From NCBI GenBank assembly GCA_976551045.1, contig CDPCPM010000049.1, forward strand, positions 682,001-746,000: a stretch of DNA of 64,000 nt, written 5' to 3'. How positions within the stretch are numbered: position 1 is the stretch's first letter; every line of letters begins with the position of its first letter. The position numbers were made by a program, and so were the translations under genes. This document shows, in pieces, positions 24,901 through 37,754 of the stretch. Below the pieces are notes generated by a model. The model was given only the letters and a program-made list of their open reading frames with translations. It was not told where the DNA came from and did no database searches. Source of the stretch: Glaucostegus cemiculus. Taxonomy: Eukaryota.

Positions 24901-26705
24901 AAACCTACCCCAAGTATCTTTGTCCCTCTCCAGTTCAGGTGCAAACCATCCTGTCGGAACAGGTCCCACCTTCCCTGGAACAAAGCCCAATTGTCCAGAA
25001 ACTGGAAGCCCTCCCTCCTGCTCCATCTCCTTAGTCACATATTTAGCTGCATGATCCTGCTATTTCTAGCCTCACTAGCTCATTGGCATAGGTAGCAATC
25101 CTAAAATTGCAACCTTGGAGATCCTGCCCTTCATCTTTGCACCTAATTCTCTAACTCTCTTTGCAGGACATCCTCCTCCTTATGCACATCATTGGTCCCT
25201 ACATGGACCACGACATCTGGCTGCTCACCCTCCTTCCGGAGATTGCGCAAGTTGACACTGTGGTTGAGAAGGCATACGGTGCATTGTCCTTCATCAATTG
25301 TGGAATTGAATTTAGAAGCCAGGAGGTATTAATGGAGGTATATAGGATCCTGGTCAGACCCCACTTGGAGTATTCTCAGTTCTGGTTGACTCACTATAGG
25401 AAGGATGTGGAAGCCATAAAAAGGGTGTAGATTTACAAGGATGCTGCCTGCAATGTGGAGCATGCCTTATAAAAGCAGATTGAGGGAACTCAGCCTTTTC
25501 TCCTTGGAGCGACAGAGGATGAGGGGGGACCTGATAGAGGTATATAAGATGATAGGAGGCATTGATCGGGGGGATAGTCAGAGGCTTTTCCCCAGGGCTG
25601 AAATGGTGGCCACAAGAGGACATAGGTTGAAAGTGCTGGGGAGCAGATATAGAGGAGATGTCAGGGGTAAGTTTTTTACTCAGAGAGTGGTGAGTGCATG
25701 GAATGGGCAGCCAGCCATGGTGGTGGAGGCAAGTACAACAGGGTCTTTTAAGAGACTGTTGGATAGGTACATGGAGATGAGAAAAATAGAGGGCTATAGG
25801 TAAACCTAGTAATTTCTAGGGTAGGGACATGTTCGGCACAGCTTTGTGGGCAGAAGGGCCTGAATTGTGTTGTAGGTTTTTCTATGTTTATAATATTGAG
25901 AACTCAGTTAAAGCCATTTCAGACCCTGGCACCAGGGAGGCCACAGATCATCCAGGATCCTTGATCTCTCCCACAGAACCGCCAATCTGTCCCCCTGACT
26001 ATCAAATGCCCTATCATTACTGCTCTCTTCTTTTCCCTCCTTCCTTTCGGAGCTGAGGGTCCCATCTTGGTGCCAGAGACACGACCACTGCAACTTATCC
26101 CTGGTAGGTTGTCCCCACCAGCAGTATCCAAAACTGTATACTTATTATTGATGGGAACAGCCACAGAATTGATCTGTTCTTTCAGTCTATACCCCTGACT
26201 ATTTCTGGCTCTGCCTCATGAATGATCTGGAGTTCATCCAGCTCCTGCTCCAGTTCCCCAACTCGGTTTGTCAGGAGATGCAACTGGATGCACCCTTTAC
26301 ATGTGTAGTCATCAGGAACAAGTCCACTGTCCCTGACTTCCCACTTACTGCATATGGAGCACATGACTGCCCTAACTGCTGCCTTCATTACCTACTCCTC
26401 CGTTAATTAAGTTAAAGGAACTTACCGGCCTTACCTCTCTGGGAGCAAGCTCTTCCTCAGCCTCTGCTTGCTGAAGCCTCTCAAGCCAAATCCTCAAAGC
26501 TCCACTCCTACCCTGAGCCACTCAGGCTCTAGCCACCCCTCTTCAGTTACTCCTCCTTATATTTGTCCCTGCCAATTACCTCAAGTACACACTCCCTCTA
26601 ATCAACTACTCAAAACTCTGTTTAACCCTTCAGTTATCCTCCACTTATTAAGCTTTTTAAATACACTCACTGTACCTGCTGCTCCAACAGCTCCCGGGCT
26701 GCTTC
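21905..26705 (-). mobile_element. Near full-length CR1 LINE (5'UTR, ORF1 zinc finger/esterase, ORF2 APE-RT), decayed and interrupted
   Basis: ORF1 pieces 26182..26388 (CxxC...CxxC + coiled coil) and 25919..26164 (SGNH esterase-like); RT pieces 22648..22920 ([16 protein letters not shown]) and 23155..23436; 3' tail near 21905. Confidence 0.9.
25245..25890 (+). mobile_element. CR1 3' fragment nested in ORF1 of the minus-strand CR1
   Basis: ORF 25441..25803 (LFSLERQRMRGDLIEVYK...FFTQRVVSAWN) followed by a ttctatgtt tail. Confidence 0.88.
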
Positions 26706-27049
26706 TGTGAAAGAAAATCCCGCGAAACACACAAGCTTTTTGAATACACTCGGAATCATAGTCAGGTTTATAATCATTGTCTTCTGTGATAACCTGCATC
26801 TTCAGTTTGTATCATAACTGGTTAATTCAGATAAAAGTCCATCTATCTGTTCCAGTATCTTTGTCCACAGACGGCGTCTGGCTGGCGATCATTCATAGCG
26901 TTAACATACAATTGTCGATTTCAGGAAACTTCCTGTGCTTTTTTTTTAAATTGCAGTCCCAGCATTTGTTTTGTCTGCTCCCGCTTACACTCTTACACAG
27001 GAGACACAAGTACTTGTGGATAATGGAATCTGAAGCCATAAGCAATTTG

Positions 27050-27380
27050 TACCAGGAACTCGACAGGTCGAGAAACATTTGTGGAGAAAGGAAATGCCAA
27101 AGTTTCGCATCGGTATCCTGCATCATGTTGGAGAGTGGGGAGGGAAGATCGCAAGAGGTTCTGCCTACTCCACCATTCCACCTGGGCTCTTTTTCACCAG
27201 CCCTCCTTGATTCATGTATCACCTGCCGGCCCCTGCCTCATCACTCTATTCTCTTTAAACCGGCGAGCTTCTCTCTCAGTCCCAATGAAGCGTCTCGACC
27301 CGAAACGTCAACAACTCCTTTCCACCACAGATGTTGCATTACCCACTGAGTCCCTCCAGCAGTTTGCTTTCTGCTGTATT
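27050..27380. mobile_element. Short non-autonomous element with Penelope-associated ends in both orientations
   Basis: tgtggagaaagg...gtttcg at the left end and cgaaacgtc...cctttccaccacag at the right end are roughly inverted. Confidence 0.4.
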
Positions 27381-27849
27381 CTTTCACGTCTCCACGTGAT
27401 AGCCCATCAGGCAACAAATCTTGAATACCTTCACAGTCTGCACAAATACCACCACTTGCTCCAGTTAATCTCTGTTGGTGACAGACTACTCCACACATAA
27501 CCTCCCCAGCGAATTAAACAATAATTTCAGCATTTCCTCGCTCTGATGAAGAGCAGTTAACCTGAAACATTAATTCCTTCAACAATGCCGGGACTAACTG
27601 AGCAATTCCACTGTTTCTTTGCAGATAATTCTCATTAATTATGATGTCAGGAATTGGAAGATTGAGCAGAAGCTTTCCGAGATGCGGAATTTGCACTGTT
27701 GAATGAACCTTGCGTTAATGACTACACAGTGAGTGCGGATGAATCTTCCAAATAGGTTCTCATGAAATTACAGCTACAGGTCTAACCATGGAATCGATAA
27801 CTCTTAAACGCAAACCACAAGGAATGGGGTGGAAATGGTGTCACTTAAT

Positions 27850-30800
27850 GCGGCCAGGACATCAAGCGGGGAGCATGAGGACATAACACTACGATGGGAC
27901 TATTACAGAGACACGGCTGACACCAGTGCAGGAATGGATATTGAAGATTCCTGGTTTTCAGTGATTTAAAAGGGATGGGGGGGGGGGGGGGGAAGAAAAG
28001 GAGGAGGGGTGGCGATACTGGGCAGGGACACTATTACAGATGCAGAAAGGGTGGATAAAATTAGAAGGATCCTCTCTAGAATCAATATGGGTGGAAGTTA
28101 GGAAAAAGAAAGCAGTTAATCTACTGCGAGTATTCTATAGGGATACTGAGGAGCAGATTGGGAGGCAGATTTTGGAAAGATGCAAAAATAACAGGGTTAT
28201 TATCGTGGGAGACTTCAACTTCCCAAATAGTGCTCAGCACCTACTTAGTGCCAAAGGTTTAGATTTGTTAAGAGTGTCCAGGACAGATTTCTGTCATGGA
28301 ATGTTGACAGGTCGACTAGAGATGATGCCATATTAGATCTAGTTTTAGGTAATGAAGCAGGTTAGGTGACAGATCTATCAGTGGATGAGCATTTCGGGGA
28401 CAGCAACCACTGCTCAATAACCTTTAGAATTGTCATGGACAGGGATAGAAGATATTTCATTGGGGAAAGGTGAACTATGAAGCTACAAGGCGAGAACGTG
28501 AGAGTGTAAATTGGGATGGCATTTTTGAAGGGAAGTGTACTGTGGAGATGTGGTGGATGTTCAGGGATCTTTTGCAGGATGTTAGGGGTCCCAGTGAGGC
28601 AGAGAAGGAATGACAGGGTGAAGGAACCATGGGTGACAAGGGAGGTGGAACAACTAGTTAGGAAGAAGGTGGTCTGAAGGTCAGGACCTCGAGGGTAGCA
28701 ATCTCAGGACTGCTGTCAGTGCCATGCGATAGTGAAGGAAGGAATAGGAAGAGATGGCAGATAAATACATGGCTGAGAAGTTGGTGCAAGAGGGAGGGTT
28801 TCAGATTTTTGGATCACTGGGATGTCTTCTGGGGAGGGAGGGACCTGTACAGAGAGGACGGGTTACATCCGAACCAGAGGAGGGGGCCAATATCCTTGCA
28901 GCCAGATTTGCTAGAGTGGTTCAGGAGGGTTTAAACTAGATTGTGAGGGGGAAGAGAACCGGAGGGGTAGGTCTGAGGAAGAAAGGGATGGGGAGAAGTT
29001 AAATCTGACAGGTAGAGAGGCTGTGAGAAAGGAGAAGGAGAAGCAGAAGCAGAGTACAGGCTACAGAAGTAGTAAGGTGAGAGGGCTAAAGTGCATTTAC
29101 TTGAATGCGAGAAACATCAGGAATAAGGGAGATGAACTGAGAGCTTGGATAAGTACATGGAACTATGATATTGTGGCTATTACAGAGACATGACTGACAG
29201 CAGGGCAGGAATGGATATTGAATATTCCTGGTTTTCAGTGATTGATAAGGGATGGGGTGGGGTGGGGGAACAAAGAGGAGGAGGGGTGGCGATACTGGTC
29301 AGGGACACGGTTACAGCTGCAGAAAGGGTAGATAATGTAGAAGGACCCTCTCTAGCCTCAATATGGATGGAAGTTAGGAACAAGAAAGGGGCAGTTACCC
29401 TCCTGGGGGTATTCTATAGGCCCCCACCCCCCGTAGCAGTAGGGATAATGAGGAGCAGATTGGGAGGCAGTTTTTGGAGAGGTGCAAAAATAATATGGTT
29501 ATTATAATGGAAGACTTCAACTATCTAAATATCAATTAGCACCTACTTAGTGCCAAAGTACTTCAGACGGGGCGCAGTTTGTTAGGTGTGTCCAGGACAG
29601 ATTCCTGACACAGTATGTTGACAGGCCGACTAGAGGGAAAGCCATATTAGATCTAGATTTGGGTAATGAGCCAGGTCAGGTGACAGATCTATCGGTGGGT
29701 GAGCATTTGGGGGACAGCGACCATTGCTCCACAACATTTAGAATTGTCATGGACAAAGATAAGAGCAGAGAGGACAGGAGGATATTTAATTGGGGGAAGG
29801 GCAAATTATGAGGCCATGAGGCAAGAACTTGGGAGTGTAAATTGGGATAATATTTTTTAAGGTAACTGTACTATGGAGATGTGGACGATGTTCAGGGATC
29901 TTTTGCAGGATGTTAGGGATAAATTTGTCCCAGTGAGGCAGAGAAGGAATGGTAGAGTGAAGGAACAGTGGGTGACAAGAGAGGTGGAACAACTTGTTAG
30001 GAAGAAGGGGGCAGCATACATAAGATGTAAGCAGCAAGGGTCAGACAGAGCTCATGAGGAATATAGAGTAGCAAGGAAGGAACTTAAGAAAAGGCTGAGG
30101 AGAGCGAGAAGGGGACATGGAAAGGCTTTGGCAAGTAGGGTAAAGGAGGATCCGAAGGCTTTTTTCTCTCGCAGAAGGATGGCTAGAGTAAAGGTAAGTC
30201 TGATTAAAGACAAAGGTGGGAGGATGTGCCTGGAAGTGTGGAAGTGGGTGTGGTTCTCAATGAATACTTTTCTTCAGTATTCACCAAGGAGAAGGGTCTT
30301 GATGATGCAGAGAACAGTGTGGTTGAGGGAAATGTTCTAGAGTGTGTTGATAGTAAGAGGGAGGATGTGTTGGAGTTGTTAGAAAATATTAGGACAGAGA
30401 AGTCCCCGGGGCCTGACGGAATATTCCCCAGGCTGCTTTGTGAGGCGAGGGAGGAGATTGCCAAACCATTGGCTAGGATCTTTGCGTCTTCATTGTCAAC
30501 ATGAATTGTACCGAAGGATTGAAGGGTGGCAAATGTTGTCCCCTTATTCAAAAAAGGTAGTAGGGATAGTCCAGGGAATTACAGACCAGTGAGCCTTACA
30601 TCTGTGGTGGGTAAGCTGTTGGAAAGGATTCTAAGAGATAGGATCTATGGGCATTTAGAGAATCATGGACTGATTAGGGACAGCCAGCATGGCTTTGTGA
30701 AGGGAAGATCTTGCCTCACAAGCCTGATAGGGTTCTTTGAGGAGGTGACCAGACAGATTGATGAGGGTAGTGCAGTGGATGTGGTCTACATGGATTTCAG

Positions 30801-31485
30801 TAAGGCATTTGACAAGGTTCGGCATGGTAGGCTTCTTCAGAAGGTCAGAGGCAAAGAGATCCAGGGAAGCTTGGCTGTGTGGATTCAAAATTGGCTTGCC
30901 TGTAGAAAGCAGAGGGTTGTGGTGGAGGGCGTGCATGCAGATTGAGCGCTGTGACTAGTGGTGTCCCACAGGGATCAGTTCTGGGACCTCTACTTTTTAT
31001 GATATTTATTAATGACTTAGATGAGGGGGTGGAAGGGTGGGTTAGCAAGTTTTCAGATGACACAAAGATTGGAGGCATTGTGGATAGTGTGGAGGGCTGT
31101 TGAAGCTTGCAGAGGGATATTGATAAGATGCAGAGCTGGGCTGGGAAGTGGCAGATTGAGCAATCCGCAGAAGTGTGAGGTGGTACACTTTGGAAAGACA
31201 AACTCCAAGGCAGAGTACAGGGTAAATGGCGGGATTCTGGTTAGTGTGGAGGAGCAGTGGGATCTAGGGGTCCATATCCACAGATCCCTGAAAGTTGCCT
31301 CACAGATGGATAGGGTAGTTAAGAAAGCTTATGGGATATTAGCTTTCATAAATCGTGGGATTGAGTTTAAGAGCCGTGAAGTGATGATGCAGCTTTACAA
31401 AACTCTGGTTAGGCCACACTTAAGAGTATTGTGCCCAGTTCTGGTTGCCGCATTATAGGAAAACTGTAGAGGCTTTGGAGAGGGC
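27850..31485 (+). mobile_element. Composite CR1 LINE: APE fragment (27850-28670) followed by a second copy running from ORF1 esterase to RT
   Basis: ORFs 28040..28336 (IVGDFNFP), 28719..28934 (DGLHPN), 30226..30504 (KSPGPDG), 30526..30945 (NYRPVSLTSVVGK, DFSKAFD). Confidence 0.9.
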
Positions 31486-31730
31486 CAAACTTCCCCTGAT
31501 CCCTTTGCCTCTGACCTTCTGAAGAAGCCTACCATGTGGAACCTTGTTAAACGCCTTACTGAAATCCATGTAGACCACATCCACTGCACTACCCTCATCA
31601 ATCTGTCTGGTCAGCTCCTCAAAGAACCCTATCAGGCTTGTGAGGCAAGATCTTCCCTTCACAAAGCCATGCTGGCTGTCTCCAATCAGTCCACATTTCT
31701 CCAAATGCTCATAGATACTATCTCTTAGAA
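31485..31730 (-). mobile_element. Inverted CR1 RT fragment
   Basis: Reverse-complement match to 30625-30870 (SQHGFVKGRSCLTSL...DFSKAF). Confidence 0.88.
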
Positions 31731-31864
31731 TTGCTGAGGTACTGCCCATAAAGTTCTGAAAAAAATCCATAGGTTCAGGGGTACTGCCTGAGGAGGGCAA
31801 CATTGAAAATATTACACCCTTGCTCAAAAATATTAACCAATTAACTACAAACCAGTTCATGTTA

Positions 31865-34800
31865 TAGAACCCCCTCCCCGGCATACTACTAGCTAATGTC
31901 CAGTCCATTGAGAACAAAGTTGATGAACTAAGGGCAAGACTGATGTACCAAAGAGAACTGAGGAACTGTTGTGTACTATGTCTCACTGAGACATGGCTCA
32001 CACCTGCCTCACCTGACTCTGCTATTCAACCTGATGGCTTCTCAAGTCATCGACTGGACCGTACAGAGTTCTCAGGCAAAGTTAAAGGCGGAGGGGTATG
32101 CTTCTTAATCAAGATCTTGTGGTGCTCAGACGTTACAGTCCTGGCAAGCTCCTGCTCACCAAACCTAGAATATCTAATGAAGTTTTGACTGTTCTATCTG
32201 CCAAGAGAGTTGGCTTCAGCTAGTGTGATAGCGGTCTACATCCCACCACAGATAGACATGAAGCCTGCACTCAATGAGTGATACTCTGTAGTCAACAGAC
32301 TTGAGACAGGATACCCTGAGGCCCTCTTCATCATTGCAGGGAACTTCAATCAGTCCAACCTCAAGAATGTGTTACCAAAATAGTATCAGCACATCTCCTG
32401 CTCCACCAGGGGCACCAACACCTTTGCCCACTGCTGTACAACCAACAAAGATGCCTTCTGAGCCACCCCTCGTCCTCACTTTTGGAAATCAGACCACCAG
32501 GCTGTGCTCCTTCTCCCCGCATACAGACAGAAACTGAAACAATAGAACAATAGAACAATACAGCACAGAACAGGCCCTTCGGCCCATCAAGCTGTGCCAT
32601 CCTACAAACATCTCCCAAACTAACTCTTTCCACCCTCATATCCTACTATTCCACATTCTTCCATGTGCTTATCTAACAATCTCTTAAACCTGTCCAACGT
32701 ATCTACCTCCACTACCACCCCAGGCAGTGCATTCCATGCACCAACCACTCTCTGGGTGAAAAACTTCCCTCTGACGTCTCCCCTATACTTTTCACCTATT
32801 ATCTTAAAGGCATGCCCTCTCGTCTTGAGCATCTGCGCTCTGGGAAAGAGGCGCTGACTATTAACTCTATCTATTCCTCTCAATATCTTAAACACCTCTA
32901 TCAAGTCCCCTCTCATCCTCCTCCTCTCTAATGAGTAGAGCCCTAACACCTTAAGCCTCTCTTTATATTCCATACCCTCCAATCCAGGCATCATCCTGGT
33001 AAAACGCCTCTGCACCCTCTCCAACGCCTCCACATCCTTCCTATAATGCGGCGACCAAAACTGAACACAATATTCCAAGTGCGGCCTAACTAGAGTTTTG
33101 TAAAGCAGCATCATCACCTCTCTGCTCTTGAACTCAATCCCTTTATTTATAAAAGCCAACATCCCATAAGCCTTCTTAACAGCCCTATCCACCTGCGAGG
33201 CAACTTTGAGCGAACTGTGGATATGAACCCCCAGATCCCTCTGCTCCTCTACACTGCCAAGAACCTTACCATTTACCTTATACTCTGTCCTGGAGTTTGT
33301 CCTCCCAAAGTGCACCACCTCACACTTCTCCGGATTAAACTCCATCTGCCACCTATCAGCCCATTTCTGCATCCTATCAATATCCCCCTGTAAGCTCCTA
33401 CAGTCCTCCACACTATCTACCACACCACCGATCTTGGTGTCATCTGCAAACTTACCAACCCATCCCTCCACTCCTTCATCCAAATCATCTATGAATATAA
33501 CAAAGAGTAGAGGCCCCAGAACCGATCCCTGCGGGACTCCACTAGTCACAGCCCTCCAATCCGAGGGCACTCCCTCCACCATAACCCTCTGCCTTCTACA
33601 GGAAAGCCAATTTCTTATCCACACAGCCAACCTCCCCTGGATACCTCGACCTCTGACCTTCTGAAGAAGCCTGCCATGAGGAACCTTATCGAACGCCTTA
33701 CTAAAATCCATATACACTACATCCACCGCCCTGCCCTCATCAAGCTTCCTCGTCACCTCCTCAAAGAACTCTATCAGGCTCGTGAGGCAAGATCTTCCCT
33801 TCACAAAGCCATGCTGACTGTCCCTAATCAGTCCATGACTCTCCAAGTGCTCATAGATCCTGTCCCTCAAAATCCTTTCCAACAGCTTACCTACCACAGA
33901 CGTGAGGCTCACCGGTCTGTAATTTCCCGGACTATCTCTACTGCCCTTCTTAAACAAGGGAACAATATCCGCTACTCGCCAATCCTCCGGCACCATCCCC
34001 GTGGACAACGAGGACTCAAAGATCCTCACCAGCGGATCAACAATCTCCTCCCTCGCCTCCCGAAGCAGCCTGGGGAATATTCCATCGGGCCCCGGAGACT
34101 TATCAGTCTTGATACTAATTAACAATTTCATCACCTCCTCCCTCTCTATAGCTACATACTCAAGAATATTACCCTTGTCAGCACTCACCGTCACATCATC
34201 AAGGCCCCTCTCCTTGGTGAATACAGAGGAGAAGTATTCATTAAGTACCTCCCCTACCTCTGCCGCCTCCAGGCACATCCTCCCACCTTTGTCCTTAATA
34301 GGCCCTACCTTTACCCTAGTCATCCTTCTGCCCTTCACATAAGAGAAAAAAGCCTTGGGATTTTCCTTAACCCTACGAGCCAACATCTTTTCATGTCCCC
34401 TTCTAGCTCTCCTCAGCTCTTTCTTAAGTTCCCTTCTCATCCGGTACGGAGGATCCGGTACGGAGAGTCGTGCAGTGCCAGTCTGAGGAAGCAGATGAGC
34501 TCCTACGTGACTGCTTTGAGACAGTGGACTTGTCCCTGTTTAAAGACTCAGCTGCCAGCCTTGATGAGTAAGTCACCACCATCATGGATTTTATCAGCAA
34601 GTGTGTGGAAGACTTTGTACCAAAGAAGACAATACAGGCATTCCCAAACAGGAAACCATGGATCAACCGGGAGATTCACTCCCTACTGAAGGAGAGGACT
34701 GCTGCACACTAATCTGGTGATCCTGATCTGTACAAGACGTTGAGCTATGACCTTTGAAAAGCTATCAGGGATGCCAAGAGGCAATACCAACTCAAAATAG

Positions 34801-36615
34801 AGTCCCTGACCAGCCACCAGTTATGACAGGGCTTACATGTCATAACAAGACGAAGTCAGACTACAGAGCTAACAACAGCACATCCCTTCCTGATGAACTT
34901 AACTCATTCTATGCGCATTTTGAACAAAAGGGAAATTGATTGTCACCATCCACCCTGTCAGCCACCAACGCAGCTGAACCTGTGATCACAGTGGAGGATG
35001 TAAGATCAGTCTTCCTGAGAGTGAACACAAGGAAAGTACCCGGCCTAGATGGTGTCCCAGGCCACATGCTCAGATCCTGTGCTGATCAGCTGGCAGAAGT
35101 ATTTGCAGACATATTCAACCTATCCCTGCTTCAATCTCAGGTTCCCTCCTGTTTTAAGAAGACCACTATCATCCCGGTACCAAAGAAAATCAAAGCAAGG
35201 TAACATGCCTCAATGACTACTGACCAGAGCCTCTGATATCCACCATCATGAAGTGTTTTGAGAGGTTGGTCATGGCATGCATCAATTCCAGCTAACCAGA
35301 CAACCTGGATCCATTGCAATTTGCCTATCAGCAAAACAGGTTTACAGCAGATGCCATTATCCCTGGCCCTACACTCAACTCTGGAGCATCTGGACAGTAA
35401 AGACACATATGTTAAGACTATTGTTTATTGACTACAGCTCTGCCTTCAAAATGATAAATCTAAGCAAGCTTGTCACCAAACTCGGAGACCTAGGACTCAA
35501 CACCTCCCTCTGTAACTGGATCCTTGACTTTCTAACAAACAGACCGCAATCAGTGAGGATAGGCAGCAATACCTCTGGCACGATTATTCTCAACACTGGT
35601 GCCCCACAAGGCTGTGTCCTCAGCCCTCTACTCTACTCCCTATACACTCACGACTGTGTGACCAGATTTTGCTCTAACTCCATCTACAAGTTTGCAGATG
35701 ATATCACTATTGTGTGCTGTATCTCAAACAGTGATGAGTTGGAGTACAGGAAGGAAATGAAGAGCTTAGTGGTATGGTGTTATGACAACAACCTTTCCCT
35801 CAATGTCAACAAAACAAAAGAGCTGGTCATTGACTTCAGGAAAGAGGGCAGTGTATATGCACCTGTCTACATCAATGGTGCTGAGGTTGAGAGGGTTGAG
35901 AGCTTCAAGTTCCTGGGTGTGAACATCACCAACAGCCTGTCCTGGTCAAATCACATAGATGCCATGGCTAAGAAAGCTCACCAGCGCCTCTACTTCCTCA
36001 GGAGGCTGAAGAAATCTGGTTTGTCCCCTTTGACTCTCACCAACGCATCAGAGAAAGCATCCTATCTGGATGTATCATGGCTTGGTACAGCAACTGCTCT
36101 GCCCAGGACCACAAGAACAAGAAGCTGCAGAGAGTTGTGGACACAGCCCAGCGCATCACAGACACCAGCCTCCCCTCCTTGGACTGTCTTTACCTCTCAT
36201 TGTCTTGGTGTAACAGCCAGCATAATCAAAGACCCCACCCACCCGGGTCATTCTCTCTTCCCTCCTCTTCCATCGGACAGAAGATACAGGGGTCTGAGGG
36301 CACATACCACCAGACTTAAAGATAGCTTCTACCCCACTGTGATAAGACTATTGAACAGTTCCCTTATACAGTGAGATGGACTATGACCTCAATCTACCTT
36401 GTTGTGACCTTGCACCTTATTGCACTGCACTTTCTCTGTAGCTGTGACACTTTACTCTGTACTGTTACTGTTTTTACCTGTACTACATCAATGCACTTTG
36501 TACTAACTCAATGTAACTGCAGTGTGTTATGAATTAACCTGTACGATCAGTTTGTAGGACAAGCTTTTCACTGTATCTCGGTACAAGTGACAATAATAAA
36601 CCTATACCAACACTA
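31865..36615 (+). mobile_element. Rex1/Babar-type LINE (APE 31865-32540; RT and 3'UTR 34452-36615) split by a CR1 insertion
   Basis: LCLTETWL...GGGVCFLI endonuclease; [21 protein letters not shown] and KFADD RT motifs in ORF 35277..36374; reading RQKLK|..EDPVRRVVQC resumes across the insertion. Confidence 0.9.
32541..34440 (-). mobile_element. Young 5'-truncated CR1 LINE with uninterrupted 606-aa RT ORF
   Basis: ORF 32620..34440 with complete RT (QGSVLGP, FADD); (TTCTATTG)n tail at 32541-32560. Confidence 0.95.
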
Positions 36616-37754
36616 ATTCTTACATTAAATGCGCAAAAAAATCCTGTCAGTTCTATTCAATTCCTTATTTCTTCTTGCCAAAGATATTTGATTTGGATCG
36701 GTCCTTGATGTTCAGAGCCAGGTGTCTGTGGGAATGCAGCTACCTGTGCACAAGATAGATTCCGACACGCACATTCCTCAGAACAAGGAGCGGCCTTTCC
36801 GCTGAAAAGTTATGGAACTGGTTTCACCATCTTCTGTTATGTGATCTCTGAACAAAGCTTGTTTATAATTTCATTTACTGCATTGTTTCCTGTTACAACC
36901 AATGGTGGTATCAGGGAAACAAACGTCTAAATCACGTCCTGCATTTCCATTTATCATAAATGACGGATAGTTCCATGACTGAGGTTAATCCTGAGTTAAC
37001 AGGACTTTCCCATCCGTCAGTCAATTTAGATGTCATTTTCTTACGCATAAACTTCTCAGGTTTCCTTTCTTGTGTAAAACGTGATTTCTGTACGCGAACA
37101 GACAGGACATTCGGACAGGACATTTTGGATTCAATGCAGTAGCTTTTGTTTTAACTTTGGTTTTCCAATAAACATCTTACTATCAACAGCAGCTCCAGAC
37201 TCCCACCGAATTCGCTTTCCATATCGAACAATACTGACTGCCGCCGTAATTATGAACTACTTACACTAAATTACAGACGTCATCTATCTCTGTAAGTGCT
37301 CCACTGTTGGAAGCAGATCATGTTCCATCTGGGCAGAGAGGGATACTCGATCTGTGCCTGTGTCATCACCGTTTACTAAGCTAAAGCCCGAGGCTGGTCG
37401 ATTATATGAATAAAACATTGAGGGCACCAAACCGCGCAGTATGCAAGGAAAATAGAAAAATAGCAAAATGGGTCGGCAGAAGGCAAGTCACAAGCCAAGC
37501 CAGCTGGAATTTCAGATCCCACTTTGAGCAGAAAATGCCTCTGAATTGGAATACGAAAAGTACCGTTAATTCTAGACCTTCTTTGTGTCCCTGAATGATA
37601 TCAAGGTATGCTGACCGGAGGTGGTGAGGGTGGAGAGATCAGGACAGGGCGATCACTGAAGTTCTGGCCCAGTGTACAGGTGGACTGCTTCAGTCCTGGT
37701 TCCACCCACCCTCACAGAACAGCAGGATGCCCGGCCCAGGCCAGGTCAGGTCAG

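Noticed and set aside
26777-27500. Overlapping 190-aa and 139-aa ORFs
   Set aside because: No recognisable domain, and they overlap a short repeat element; likely chance ORFs.
37000-37010. NF-kB-like site AGGACTTTCCC
   Set aside because: Single imperfect match with no counterpart in the paralogous region; expected by chance.
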